From positions 32,001 to 96,000 of the IMG/VR virus record IMGVR_UViG_3300042914_002334: 64,000 nucleotides of DNA; one strand, 5' to 3'. Numbering within the stretch: the first letter of the stretch is position 1; each line of letters begins with the position of its first letter. Made by a program: the position numbers and the translations under genes. This document shows, one piece after another, positions 40,930-48,902 of this stretch. The notes below the pieces were generated by a model that searched no databases, was not told where the DNA came from, and worked only from the letters and a program-made list of their open reading frames with translations. The DNA comes from a virus.

Positions 40930-41679
40930 TCAGGAAATTTTTACCCGAGTCATCTTGGTAACTTGCTTATCAGCATGCGTTTTGACAGTGCCAGTGACAG
41001 AAATCTTGCGACCGATATCAATACTGAATTTCAGAGAAAAGAAAGCCACTTGATCCTCATCCGTGATTACCGTCACAAAGTAGCAGTTCCATTGCTGACT
41101 GAATACCACCTTGAGCACTTCACCAGTGAATGATACTTTGTCTCCGACAACACCAATATGATCGCCACGAGCGTCGGAAATGCGATCCTCTACAGATTGA
41201 CGCACTGTAGCACGTTCGTATCCTGCGGGAAGATACGCAATTGTACCCAGATCACGTTCGCTCACAGTCTCGCCGTTAGCAAGTGCAAGCGCCTTGGCAT
41301 CGAATTCATTCAACACCTTGCCACCAAGAATTTTGAACAACAGACCCTTGTAATGTGTGCGAATCTTCTCGCCCATTTCGCGGTCAAAGTCCGTAAGGGT
41401 AGATTGATCGGCAAGCATTTGGACCATCAGTTCACGGTTGCTTTGCTGCGGAACCATCTTACCTTCACTGTTAGTAGTGAAGGACCCTGCCTTGACATAC
41501 TCATTTCCAACTGCACAGAAAGCAGCAAACGCAACAGCAAACGCGGTGCTGGTATCGTGCATCACGGGCCGAGGGCGGGTATACCGTTGGCTGCGTGCCG
41601 GCTTATAGTCTTCATCTGCTTGACACAGAGTCTTGACTTGATAATCGGTCATACCAGAAACATCAACAAAACCAGCCAT
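40930..41679 (-). CDS. Early protein with a C-terminal OB-fold-like domain
   Basis: VGDKVSFTGEV...VTGTVKTH...TKMTRVKI. Confidence 0.6.
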   Translation of the reverse strand: MAGFVDVSGMTDYQVKTLCQADEDYKPARSQRYTRPRPVMHDTSTAFAVAFAAFCAVGNEYVKAGSFTTNSEGKMVPQQSNRELMVQMLADQSTLTDFDREMGEKIRTHYKGLLFKILGGKVLNEFDAKALALANGETVSERDLGTIAYLPAGYERATVRQSVEDRISDARGDHIGVVGDKVSFTGEVLKVVFSQQWNCYFVTVITDEDQVAFFSLKFSIDIGRKISVTGTVKTHADKQVTKMTRVKIS

Positions 41680-41741
41680 TTAATTTGCTCCGTTGTCTAA
41701 CTCAGTGAATACAGTATATCAGTATTTAGATTTATTGTCAA
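41680..41741 (-). promoter_or_regulatory. Early promoter and leader repeat P2
   Basis: TTGACA-17-TATACT gtattcactgagttagacaacggagca. Confidence 0.9.
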
Positions 41742-42145
41742 AGTCCTAACCCTTTGCAGCCAAAACTTCTCAACTCGGCCGCTGCCTGACTAAGCCTGTT
41801 ATGAGTAACTTCCAAAACAATTTCCTTGCCTCTTTCAACCAATTCATCATACATGTCCTTGGCTTCTTTCAAGCCAAGACCACGCCTATCAAAGACACGA
41901 ATTGCCTTTATGATAGAAATTTTATTTACGTGTGAGCCAAGATTAGTGATAACAATAGAAGAATCCATGCGACCAAGTAGCATGGCTTCAAATGTCCATC
42001 CCTTCAAATCGGGATCAACAGTGTCAGCCAACTGTTCCCACATTTCCATGGCACGGTCGCTGCCGTATACGTTTCCAAGAGCACGAAGAAACATCAAGCC
42101 GGAATCTGTCAGTTCTCTTTTTTGGTCACGCGAAATTTCAGTCAT
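41738..42145 (-). CDS. Protein with a ribosomal bL12 (L7/L12) C-terminal-like domain
   Basis: NKISIIKAIR....LGLKEAKD. Confidence 0.7.
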   Translation of the reverse strand: MTEISRDQKRELTDSGLMFLRALGNVYGSDRAMEMWEQLADTVDPDLKGWTFEAMLLGRMDSSIVITNLGSHVNKISIIKAIRVFDRRGLGLKEAKDMYDELVERGKEIVLEVTHNRLSQAAAELRSFGCKGLGL

Positions 42146-42147
42146 GA

Positions 42148-42642
42148 TTAGGATCCAGTAGACAATATCAAGGTGCGATAATCGTCATCTTCAACAGTAA
42201 AATTCTCAATGAAGATATGATGATTATCATCGCTGGTCTTGATGCATTCGTCTGCGGCGCGCCAGAGAGCGGCCCAAGTGTTGCCCTTAATTGAGGCTTG
42301 CACGGGCTTTGGACCCCAATGATGACGATAAACTACGCGATCTGCGTCACTGAAAGTATGCGGGCCATAAAGATTGTCAACCTCAAGCATAGACCATGCA
42401 GTGCTAAGACCCAATTCTTTCTTCACGGATTCATAGTGACTGTTCTTGCGATTGTATTCTCGCTCTTCCTGTTCGTAGACTCCATTCAGACCATCACGAA
42501 TCAGATTCTTAGCCTTTATCAAAAGTTGATACATTTCCGGATGAAGAACATTTTCCAAGCGGTCACATGCGTGGCGAAGATCGCACAGACCATTATGAAC
42601 TTTCTTGAATTCTTCAAGAGTGAGAGTGGGTGAGATATTCAT
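42148..42642 (-). CDS. Hypothetical early protein
   Basis: ORF directly behind promoter P3. Confidence 0.7.
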   Translation of the reverse strand: MNISPTLTLEEFKKVHNGLCDLRHACDRLENVLHPEMYQLLIKAKNLIRDGLNGVYEQEEREYNRKNSHYESVKKELGLSTAWSMLEVDNLYGPHTFSDADRVVYRHHWGPKPVQASIKGNTWAALWRAADECIKTSDDNHHIFIENFTVEDDDYRTLILSTGS

Positions 42643-42689
42643 TTTATGTTTCGTTGTGAGAAGTATTCAAACCAATTCGTAGACAATAC

Positions 42690-42718
42690 AGTCTATCACG
42701 ATATCCATTTATTGTCAA
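42690..42718 (-). promoter_or_regulatory. Early promoter P3
   Basis: TTGACA-17-TAGACT. Confidence 0.85.
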
Positions 42719-42936
42719 ATTCGCAACAATTGATCAAATTTAGCATTGGTGTTATCTTCCTGCTCTTGAATTTCGGCTAGGGCCTGCTTAAGTGTCTTTC
42801 CAGTAGTACCCACATACTGCACCCCATTTTTCCAGTGCGCGAACATACTCACGCCCTCGCGAAGACCGACGTAGTAGGCAGCTGATTGCCTGAGTTGTAG
42901 ATACTGATCCTGTTCGGGAGTAAAATTCTGAATCAT
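42715..42936 (-). CDS. Hypothetical early protein, 73 aa
   Basis: Start moved to ATG 42936, just after the upstream stop. Confidence 0.65.
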   Translation of the reverse strand: MIQNFTPEQDQYLQLRQSAAYYVGLREGVSMFAHWKNGVQYVGTTGKTLKQALAEIQEQEDNTNAKFDQLLRI

Positions 42937-42937
42937 A

Positions 42938-43366
42938 TTATGCAGCCTCACGAAAATAGTCATACGGCAGACCATTACGATAGCACAGATATTCCCAATC
43001 TTCGCCGCAATCGTCGGCGTCCATGATCCAACGGAGTGCAGTTTCACGATTCTTGGCACCAAGATTGATAGTTTCTTCGATGCGCTTCGAGAAGCGGACA
43101 ACGAATTTAGACTCTTCCTCACGACGAATCTGTTCGGCACTCTCGATAGCCTTGCTCAGGCTCTCCAGTTCTTGACGAAAATCTTCGGCTGTCCAATGAC
43201 CGACATCCTGACCGCGAGGACGAAAACCATACGCATCCTTGTATGCGTCCCACCACTCAGTGTGCAATTGCTCAACCAACGACAATTGGTCCCAAGAAGG
43301 GAACTCTTCGGTTTGGGCCGCCTGCGCTTGGGAGAGAGTGATCTGAAAAACAGTGATTTGCGTCAT
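42938..43366 (-). CDS. Hypothetical acidic early protein
   Basis: WDAYKDAYGFRPRG; behind promoter P4. Confidence 0.7.
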   Translation of the reverse strand: MTQITVFQITLSQAQAAQTEEFPSWDQLSLVEQLHTEWWDAYKDAYGFRPRGQDVGHWTAEDFRQELESLSKAIESAEQIRREEESKFVVRFSKRIEETINLGAKNRETALRWIMDADDCGEDWEYLCYRNGLPYDYFREAA

Positions 43367-43428
43367 GTCGTTTGCTCAGTTGTCTATCTCAATGAATACA
43401 GTATATCAGAAATTGGATTTATTGTCAA
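43367..43428 (-). promoter_or_regulatory. Early promoter and leader repeat P4
   Basis: TTGACA-17-TATACT gtattcattgagatagacaactgagca. Confidence 0.9.
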
Positions 43429-43435
43429 ATTTCGG

Positions 43436-43642
43436 TTACTCAACACGCTGGCGACTGATATGTGCGTCCAAAAACGACATAGCACTCTCGCCAAACTGTT
43501 TGATACCAGCCTCGTAAGCATCGTCATAACGCTCATAGACACCGTAAACTGTGCCACGATAGACAAGAACATTGACCACGCCAGGCTGATCTTCGGGAAG
43601 ACCCAGTGCCCTACGCAATTCTTCTCGGGTTCTCTTTGCCAT
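43436..43642 (-). CDS. Hypothetical early protein, 68 aa
   Basis: GGAG SD; behind promoter P5. Confidence 0.7.
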   Translation of the reverse strand: MAKRTREELRRALGLPEDQPGVVNVLVYRGTVYGVYERYDDAYEAGIKQFGESAMSFLDAHISRQRVE

Positions 43643-43701
43643 CAGTTGCTCCGTTGTCTCGACTATGAATATAGTATATCAAGAAATGAATTTATCGTCA
43701 A
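43643..43701 (-). promoter_or_regulatory. Early promoter and leader repeat P5
   Basis: TTGACG-17-TATACT atattcatagtcgagacaacggagca. Confidence 0.85.
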
Positions 43702-43862
43702 ACTTGAGTCTCGATGTATTCATCTTCGATTTCTTCCATAGAATCGACCTCAGCATACACCCACTGAATAGGAATTTCCATCACTCGTGCGATAATCTGA
43801 GGCTCTTGATCACTTGCAAGACGATCTTGAATTTCAATAGAAATATCTGACATCTTAGACAT
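43698..43862 (-). CDS. Small acidic early protein, 54 aa
   Basis: Hand-translated MSKMSDISIEIQDRL...EEIEDEYIETQV; TAAGGA SD. Confidence 0.7.
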   Translation of the reverse strand: MSKMSDISIEIQDRLASDQEPQIIARVMEIPIQWVYAEVDSMEEIEDEYIETQV

Positions 43863-43881
43863 GTTGTTTAATCCTTAAAAA

Positions 43882-44157
43882 TTACACAGACTGAAGCATC
43901 GAAGCAGGCACCTTCCAGAGCCTGGACCCAACTTGAATCAACATGTTCTTACGATTGACTTTTTGCACCAGACCGATCATGGTCTGACCAGTGCGAGAAG
44001 AAGTAAACTTTACCTCCGTGCCAACAGAATAAGTGTTCTTATTCTGACAAGCCAATTGCGCTCGTGCAAAAGTCACAGCAGAGATAATAGAATTCAGTTG
44101 TTCGTTCGTGAAGTCGCCAAACATGATAGCAGAATTGATGTCCTTGATCGTGTTCAT
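43882..44157 (-). CDS. Early protein with an SH3/KOW-like C-terminal half
   Basis: VGTEVKF...GLVQKVNRKNMLI...WKVPASML. Confidence 0.65.
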   Translation of the reverse strand: MNTIKDINSAIMFGDFTNEQLNSIISAVTFARAQLACQNKNTYSVGTEVKFTSSRTGQTMIGLVQKVNRKNMLIQVGSRLWKVPASMLQSV

Positions 44158-44219
44158 TTAGAATCTCCAGTTGTCTAACTCAATGAATACAGTATATCAA
44201 AAATTGGATTATTTGTCAA
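44158..44219 (-). promoter_or_regulatory. Early promoter and leader repeat P6
   Basis: TTGACA-17-TATACT gtattcattgagttagacaactggag. Confidence 0.9.
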
Positions 44220-44668
44220 ATTTGGGGTTGAAGACGAGCCTTGATTTCCATGAAAAACTGATGATACTTTGCCATGCGGGCAATGTCCTTTTCGCTAACA
44301 CCCTTTAGACGCCGAATGTCGGTATTGTGTCGAAGATCAGCCATCTTGACGCGCATGGCATCCTCATTGGCAAATACACCATTCTTGTATTCTTCATAAG
44401 TCTGACCTGGCAGTTTGGTCAGAGAACGAATGCCATTGATAACTCGGTCGCTGATTCCAGCGTCACGCAAGTCCTTGTAGGTCGTAGAGGTATCTTCGAT
44501 AACATCGTGACCCAGTGCAATGCACATAAGTTCTTCGTCATCGGTCTTGAGATAGTGCATTACCTTTAGCGGATGCAGAATGTAGGGATTGCCCCCTCGA
44601 TCAAACTGGCCAGCGTGAGCGTTGGTAACAATAACCAACATTCTGTCAAGCATTTCGCCCTTTTTCAT
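44216..44668 (-). CDS. Stand-alone HD hydrolase of the SpoT/Mesh1 (small alarmone hydrolase) type
   Basis: HAGQFD..GNPYILHP, LGHDVIEDT, VKMADLRHN. Confidence 0.85.
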   Translation of the reverse strand: MKKGEMLDRMLVIVTNAHAGQFDRGGNPYILHPLKVMHYLKTDDEELMCIALGHDVIEDTSTTYKDLRDAGISDRVINGIRSLTKLPGQTYEEYKNGVFANEDAMRVKMADLRHNTDIRRLKGVSEKDIARMAKYHQFFMEIKARLQPQI

Positions 44669-44693
44669 AATCACCCTTTCTATCTATAGAGAT

Positions 44694-44722
44694 ATTATAG
44701 AGCAATGCTGTTTAATAGTCAA
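44694..44722 (-). promoter_or_regulatory. Early promoter P7
   Basis: TTGACT-17-TATAAT. Confidence 0.8.
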
Positions 44723-44966
44723 TGTCTTCACAACCCAAGCGACGATTGAGAATCTTGCTATCCTCTTCATCACGGCTCTTGACGCGCAGACTGATACTTT
44801 CACCGTAGCACACGTAGCGATTGTCCTGAATGTAGCAGAATCCTGCGCCTATGATTTTGCTACGAGAGAAAAGCGCTCGGGCAACATCGGCGTGACTGGG
44901 GCCAACTTCGCTGAATATCACAGGAATTTGATCATCATTGATGATATACTTTGCCTTATAGATCAT
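44712..44966 (-). CDS. Hypothetical early protein
   Basis: 84-aa ORF behind promoter P8; TAAGGA SD. Confidence 0.7.
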   Translation of the reverse strand: MIYKAKYIINDDQIPVIFSEVGPSHADVARALFSRSKIIGAGFCYIQDNRYVCYGESISLRVKSRDEEDSKILNRRLGCEDIDY

Positions 44967-44990
44967 TTTGCTTTCCTTATCGTATAAGTT

Positions 44991-45019
44991 ATTATGACAG
45001 AAATAACAATTTCTGTCAA
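44991..45019 (-). promoter_or_regulatory. Early promoter P8 containing an inverted repeat
   Basis: TTGACA-17-CATAAT; tgacagaaat-N4-atttctgtca. Confidence 0.8.
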
Positions 45020-45020
45020 A

Positions 45021-45281
45021 TCAGAGTTGATTCAGTTCCAGTTGCAATTCAGAAAAGTTCTTAAAAACTTGTGATCCAGTGCGACTGGACCGCAGAATTA
45101 GAAAGTTTCGATTGTAAATCTCGACCGTGGCGTCAAGAGTTCGAGCACGGCCAAAAGTGATACTCAAAAACTTGACGCCCTTTTTGTTGATATGACTACC
45201 TGTAAGAATTCCGTATGGGGCCGTAAAGTTCTGAGACTTGGCCCACGCTTCTATGGAAGAAAGAATTTCTTGACTGTTCAT
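45021..45281 (-). CDS. Hypothetical early protein, 86 aa
   Basis: Start moved to ATG 45281. Confidence 0.65.
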   Translation of the reverse strand: MNSQEILSSIEAWAKSQNFTAPYGILTGSHINKKGVKFLSITFGRARTLDATVEIYNRNFLILRSSRTGSQVFKNFSELQLELNQL

Positions 45282-45282
45282 G

Positions 45283-45396
45283 TCAGCCGAACTCCGAATA
45301 GATTTCCATGTCAGTTTCGTATCGCTCGACAAATGCAAAAATTGCATCGTCGTCTTGCGACTCTTGAACTTGAGTTTCGATGTTGTCAGAATTCAT
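45283..45396 (-). CDS. Very small acidic early protein, 37 aa
   Basis: MNSDNIETQVQESQDDDAIFAFVERYETDMEIYSEFG; GGAG SD; first ORF after promoter P9. Confidence 0.65.
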   Translation of the reverse strand: MNSDNIETQVQESQDDDAIFAFVERYETDMEIYSEFG

Positions 45397-45419
45397 TTCC
45401 GTCTCCAACTAATAAAGAG

Positions 45420-45448
45420 AGTTTATCAAAACTCTTATTTATTGTCAA
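45420..45448 (-). promoter_or_regulatory. Early promoter P9
   Basis: TTGACA-17-TAAACT. Confidence 0.8.
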
Positions 45449-45900
45449 ACAGAAAAATCCTCCATCCCAGAAACCTTTAGACGAACCAGATGCCCTAACA
45501 TAAAGTTTTTTGACTCTAAACCTTTCATCACTGCAAGATATCTGTTTCTAAGTAATGCGACCTCGTTGCAAAGCATTTCAGTATCGATTACTTCCTTTTC
45601 TCCTTCGACATATCTATCAACATCACGACTTGATAAAGCTCGTTGATAATTCTCCAGATATTTTTTAAAGTAAGAACTTTTGACTTTCTTTAGTTCTAAA
45701 TTAAGAAAATTCAAAACCGCTTCTACGGTTTGAAGTTGACTAAACCTCAAGTCAGTTATTCCTGGAAGTGCGGCAATATTTTTTTCTATGTTTCCTTTGA
45801 TGCTTACTTCCTGCTGAGCCGCCACTAACTCATTATCGTAATAAGAAAGAAAATCTGGCAATAATGCCAGATTTTGAGTGACATTGTGATACCAACTCAT
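45445..45900 (-). CDS. uvsY: UvsY-like recombination mediator
   Basis: Helical 151 aa with LSSRDVDRYVEGE; near uvsX and ssb. Confidence 0.7.
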   Translation of the reverse strand: MSWYHNVTQNLALLPDFLSYYDNELVAAQQEVSIKGNIEKNIAALPGITDLRFSQLQTVEAVLNFLNLELKKVKSSYFKKYLENYQRALSSRDVDRYVEGEKEVIDTEMLCNEVALLRNRYLAVMKGLESKNFMLGHLVRLKVSGMEDFSV

Positions 45901-45907
45901 TTAGATA

Positions 45908-46171
45908 TCATTCATCGTAATCTGATTCATAGTCAATATGATACGAATCATCGTCGTCAATTTCTTCCGAAGTATCTTCGACATAGAATTTAATGGCATC
46001 CAATACCTCGGCGTCACCATCAAATTCTTGTCTAATGTCATCTAAAGAATAATCATTATCCATAAGAATGATAACAAGATTGTCTGCGAGTTGCGCCTTA
46101 TCTTCTGGAAGAACATACTCGCTCATTAGATTCCATACATCCGCAATTGCGGTTAAGGTTGATTTACTCAT
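45908..46171 (-). CDS. Acidic hypothetical protein
   Basis: 87-aa ORF between uvsX and uvsY. Confidence 0.65.
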   Translation of the reverse strand: MSKSTLTAIADVWNLMSEYVLPEDKAQLADNLVIILMDNDYSLDDIRQEFDGDAEVLDAIKFYVEDTSEEIDDDDSYHIDYESDYDE

Positions 46172-47222
46172 CTGCTGTTTCCTCCATAGTTTCTGTAGTA
46201 GTCACTTTAGTTCCAAATTCACTCATTACCAAATCCATAATTCCATTCTCGTTTCTGTTCCACTCTTTTCTGAAATACTTATGAATTTCTCCATTGTTAT
46301 CAGTATAAGTGTAGCGATTGCCTTCTTTCTTGATCAATTGTCTCTTTTCAATTAGATCAAAAAATCCGCTGTAAGGATTCATTCCAGTTTCGTATGGAAT
46401 CTGAATCTGAATATCTTCGAACGGCTTAGCGTATCTGGTCTTCATAATTTTGCATCCAGCACGAATGCCCAATACATCAGTTACCTTGTTGCCGTCTTCG
46501 TCTTCCTTTAGTTTCAATTTCTTCATTGCAACTAAAATAGAACTGGCATATACGAAGCCTTGTCCGCCACTTACTACTGGGTCGGGATTATATGGGTCTT
46601 GAGATGCATAACTATGATTGGTGGCAACTAATCCAACATTATGATTACCAAACATATTGACGCAATTGGTAACCAGTGCCTTGAGAGCCTTTGCCTTTCG
46701 TCCCATATCTCCTTTAAGATCGCCTGCCTCAAACTGATTGAGTTCAGTAGGCGACATCAGCATGCCCAGCGAGTCAACAACGAACAGGACTTTGAAGCGA
46801 CTCTCTGCGGGCAATTCCTTATAGTCACTCATGAACTTTGAAATAGTTTTAGCTACATCGTCGATCATGGACATGTTAAGTTTTAGAATTTTGTCTTCAC
46901 TTGTGTCAACTCCTAACGCTTTGAGCCAGCTTTCGTCAAGCGCATTTTCGGAATCAATTAGAATAACAAAAATTCCTTGCGCTTGCGCGTTACGAACTAA
47001 ATTGCCACTACATATGTAGGACTTGCCGCTGCCGCTTTCTCCAGCAAACACAGTCACCTTACCCAGTGGCACACCCTTATTGAAGTCACCACTAATAAGA
47101 TAGTTGAGTGAGTAGTTGCCCGTGCTGACCCAATCAGTCGGGTCCGAGAAGCCAATGGACAGCCCATCAATTGACTTTGTTATTTCTTTACGGAACTTGG
47201 ATAGATCAAATGGTTTCGTCAT
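46164..47222 (-). CDS. uvsX: RecA/UvsX recombinase
   Basis: GESGSGKS, IDSENALD, VVDSLG, TNH, SGG motifs. Confidence 0.92.
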   Translation of the reverse strand: MTKPFDLSKFRKEITKSIDGLSIGFSDPTDWVSTGNYSLNYLISGDFNKGVPLGKVTVFAGESGSGKSYICSGNLVRNAQAQGIFVILIDSENALDESWLKALGVDTSEDKILKLNMSMIDDVAKTISKFMSDYKELPAESRFKVLFVVDSLGMLMSPTELNQFEAGDLKGDMGRKAKALKALVTNCVNMFGNHNVGLVATNHSYASQDPYNPDPVVSGGQGFVYASSILVAMKKLKLKEDEDGNKVTDVLGIRAGCKIMKTRYAKPFEDIQIQIPYETGMNPYSGFFDLIEKRQLIKKEGNRYTYTDNNGEIHKYFRKEWNRNENGIMDLVMSEFGTKVTTTETMEETADE

Positions 47223-47224
47223 AA

Positions 47225-47370
47225 TTATTTCCTAAAATAGCAATCTTGATATTTTTCATCTGTTGAATTTAATCTTTTTCTAATTGTTGGTTCACTGATA
47301 TTCATCGCTCGGGCAGCCTACATGATACCGTCAAAATCACCAAGTATGTAGGATCGAAGGGTTTTGTCAT
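47225..47370 (-). pseudogene. Internally deleted homing-endonuclease remnant
   Basis: MTKPFDPTYL start, joined out of frame to GDFDGIM*AARAMNISEPTIRKRLNS..., a NUMOD1-like HTH tail. Confidence 0.6.
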
Positions 47371-47372
47371 GT

Positions 47373-47612
47373 TTATTTTCCGTTTACTGCTTGCTTGTTA
47401 TTATACAAGCCAAAGAGTTGTTTGTCTAACAATTCCGGGCAACGATCTGCAAGTCTTTCAAATTCGTATTCCGAAGGATAGTGACGCAATACTCCTCGTG
47501 CTCGTTGTCTAACGATTCCAGGAACTCTTGGTGTTTTACCTGGGTCGCACAATTCTTCTAATAGTTTCTTGCCTTGTTTCAAGGCAAGAAACCTCTCGTC
47601 TGGTAGAGTCAT
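47373..47612 (-). CDS. Small hypothetical protein (BPSL0761-like pattern)
   Basis: MTLPDER...VRQRARGVLRHYP; AGGAG SD. Confidence 0.65.
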   Translation of the reverse strand: MTLPDERFLALKQGKKLLEELCDPGKTPRVPGIVRQRARGVLRHYPSEYEFERLADRCPELLDKQLFGLYNNKQAVNGK

Positions 47613-47632
47613 GTTTTTCTCCTAAAATAGAT

Positions 47633-47656
47633 AGTAGAGGCATTTCTGCCTCTACT
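47633..47656 (-). terminator. Stem-loop after ssb
   Basis: 10-bp stem with a GAAA loop; weak U-tract. Confidence 0.6.
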
Positions 47657-47662
47657 TGTTCA

Positions 47663-48742
47663 TCACGCTGGTTTGTTTTGGCGAGAACGAATCATTGCAA
47701 GTAGGTCTTGCGTCTTGCTGCCTGAAGCAGGCTGCGATGTCGATGCAGAAACTTGACTGACTCGCATAGTTTCATACTCAGTAGTGTCCCAAGGCGGAGA
47801 ATCGTCCTCGACAGTTGATGCAGCCTTTTGAACTGTCTGAGTTGGGTTAGAAACCGGAACACTTACTTTCTTTACAGACTCATAAGAACCTTCTTCGCCC
47901 ACTACATCATCAGAAGATGATCCACCGGTTTGAAGTCCCCATGGCTTGTAGTATGCTGCCCACTTATCTGGGTCATACATGCGTCCGTCAACACTTGCCT
48001 CAAATAGGTCCTTGATGATCTTCAATTCGCTTTCGCTTGGTTCCTTTGGAAGGAAATCACGAAGATTGTAAAGACCGTGCAATTCAATCGCGGCGCGTTC
48101 CGCCTCTGTTAGTGCAGTAGGGCCCTTCATAAATGCCCAATCACTGGTAGACCAGTCGGCATAGCCACCTGGGTTCTTAGTGCGAATGACCTTAAAATCA
48201 AGACCTTGATTGAAGTCGCTTGGCATGACATTAAAGTCGGGGTCTAGCAAACTCTTCTTGATGTTCTTGAAGATTTGAGGAGTTACGATGAAGCGGCGAA
48301 TTGGATTCTCTGGGGTTTCGTCATCTTGAAGACCATTCTGACGAACGAAACCTTGAAGAATATAACTACGCTTCTTCCAATACTTGTTTGCAGTTTCTTC
48401 CAAGGACTTATCCTTATACCAAGTGCGAACTTCTGCAAGAAGTGGGCACTTTTTGGATTCTCCATACATTTCGATGCATGGAACTTGAACCACAACTTCC
48501 TTGTTTTCGTTTTGACCCTTGATGCCAGCGAATGGCAATTTGATCATTTGTCGTTCTGTCCAGAAGTAAACATTTTCTGAGTCTGCATCTGGAAGAAAAC
48601 GAAGCAAAGAACTCGATCCGTCTGTTAGGTTCCAGTGCGGAAAGATGGACTTGTCTCCACCGATTTTCTTAGATTGTTGTTGATTTTGTTGTGAACGATT
48701 TTCTTGTGCCTGTAGTTTGGCACGCAATGCGGCTAATGACAT
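47663..48742 (-). CDS. Single-stranded DNA-binding protein (gp32-like)
   Basis: LRFLPD, VPCIEMYG..CP, YWKKRSY, GGYADW. AAGGAG SD supports ATG 48742. Confidence 0.88.
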   Translation of the reverse strand: MSLAALRAKLQAQENRSQQNQQQSKKIGGDKSIFPHWNLTDGSSSLLRFLPDADSENVYFWTERQMIKLPFAGIKGQNENKEVVVQVPCIEMYGESKKCPLLAEVRTWYKDKSLEETANKYWKKRSYILQGFVRQNGLQDDETPENPIRRFIVTPQIFKNIKKSLLDPDFNVMPSDFNQGLDFKVIRTKNPGGYADWSTSDWAFMKGPTALTEAERAAIELHGLYNLRDFLPKEPSESELKIIKDLFEASVDGRMYDPDKWAAYYKPWGLQTGGSSSDDVVGEEGSYESVKKVSVPVSNPTQTVQKAASTVEDDSPPWDTTEYETMRVSQVSASTSQPASGSKTQDLLAMIRSRQNKPA

Positions 48743-48902
48743 TTTTAATCTCCTTCTAAATTGTAAAAAGTGTATTATAAACCAAGATATAAAGTGTAGT
48801 TGTCGGAGACAACACGACTTATGATTCAAGTATAAGATACTTTCGTCATCTGTCAATAGTATTTATCACTAATTTGGTAAAGTAGATAAAAATGTTCAAA
48901 AA

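Noticed and set aside
40866-45448. CRISPR array or integron attC sites
   Set aside because: The repeats are imperfect, separated by whole genes and explained as promoter/RBS units. No cas operon or integrase is present.
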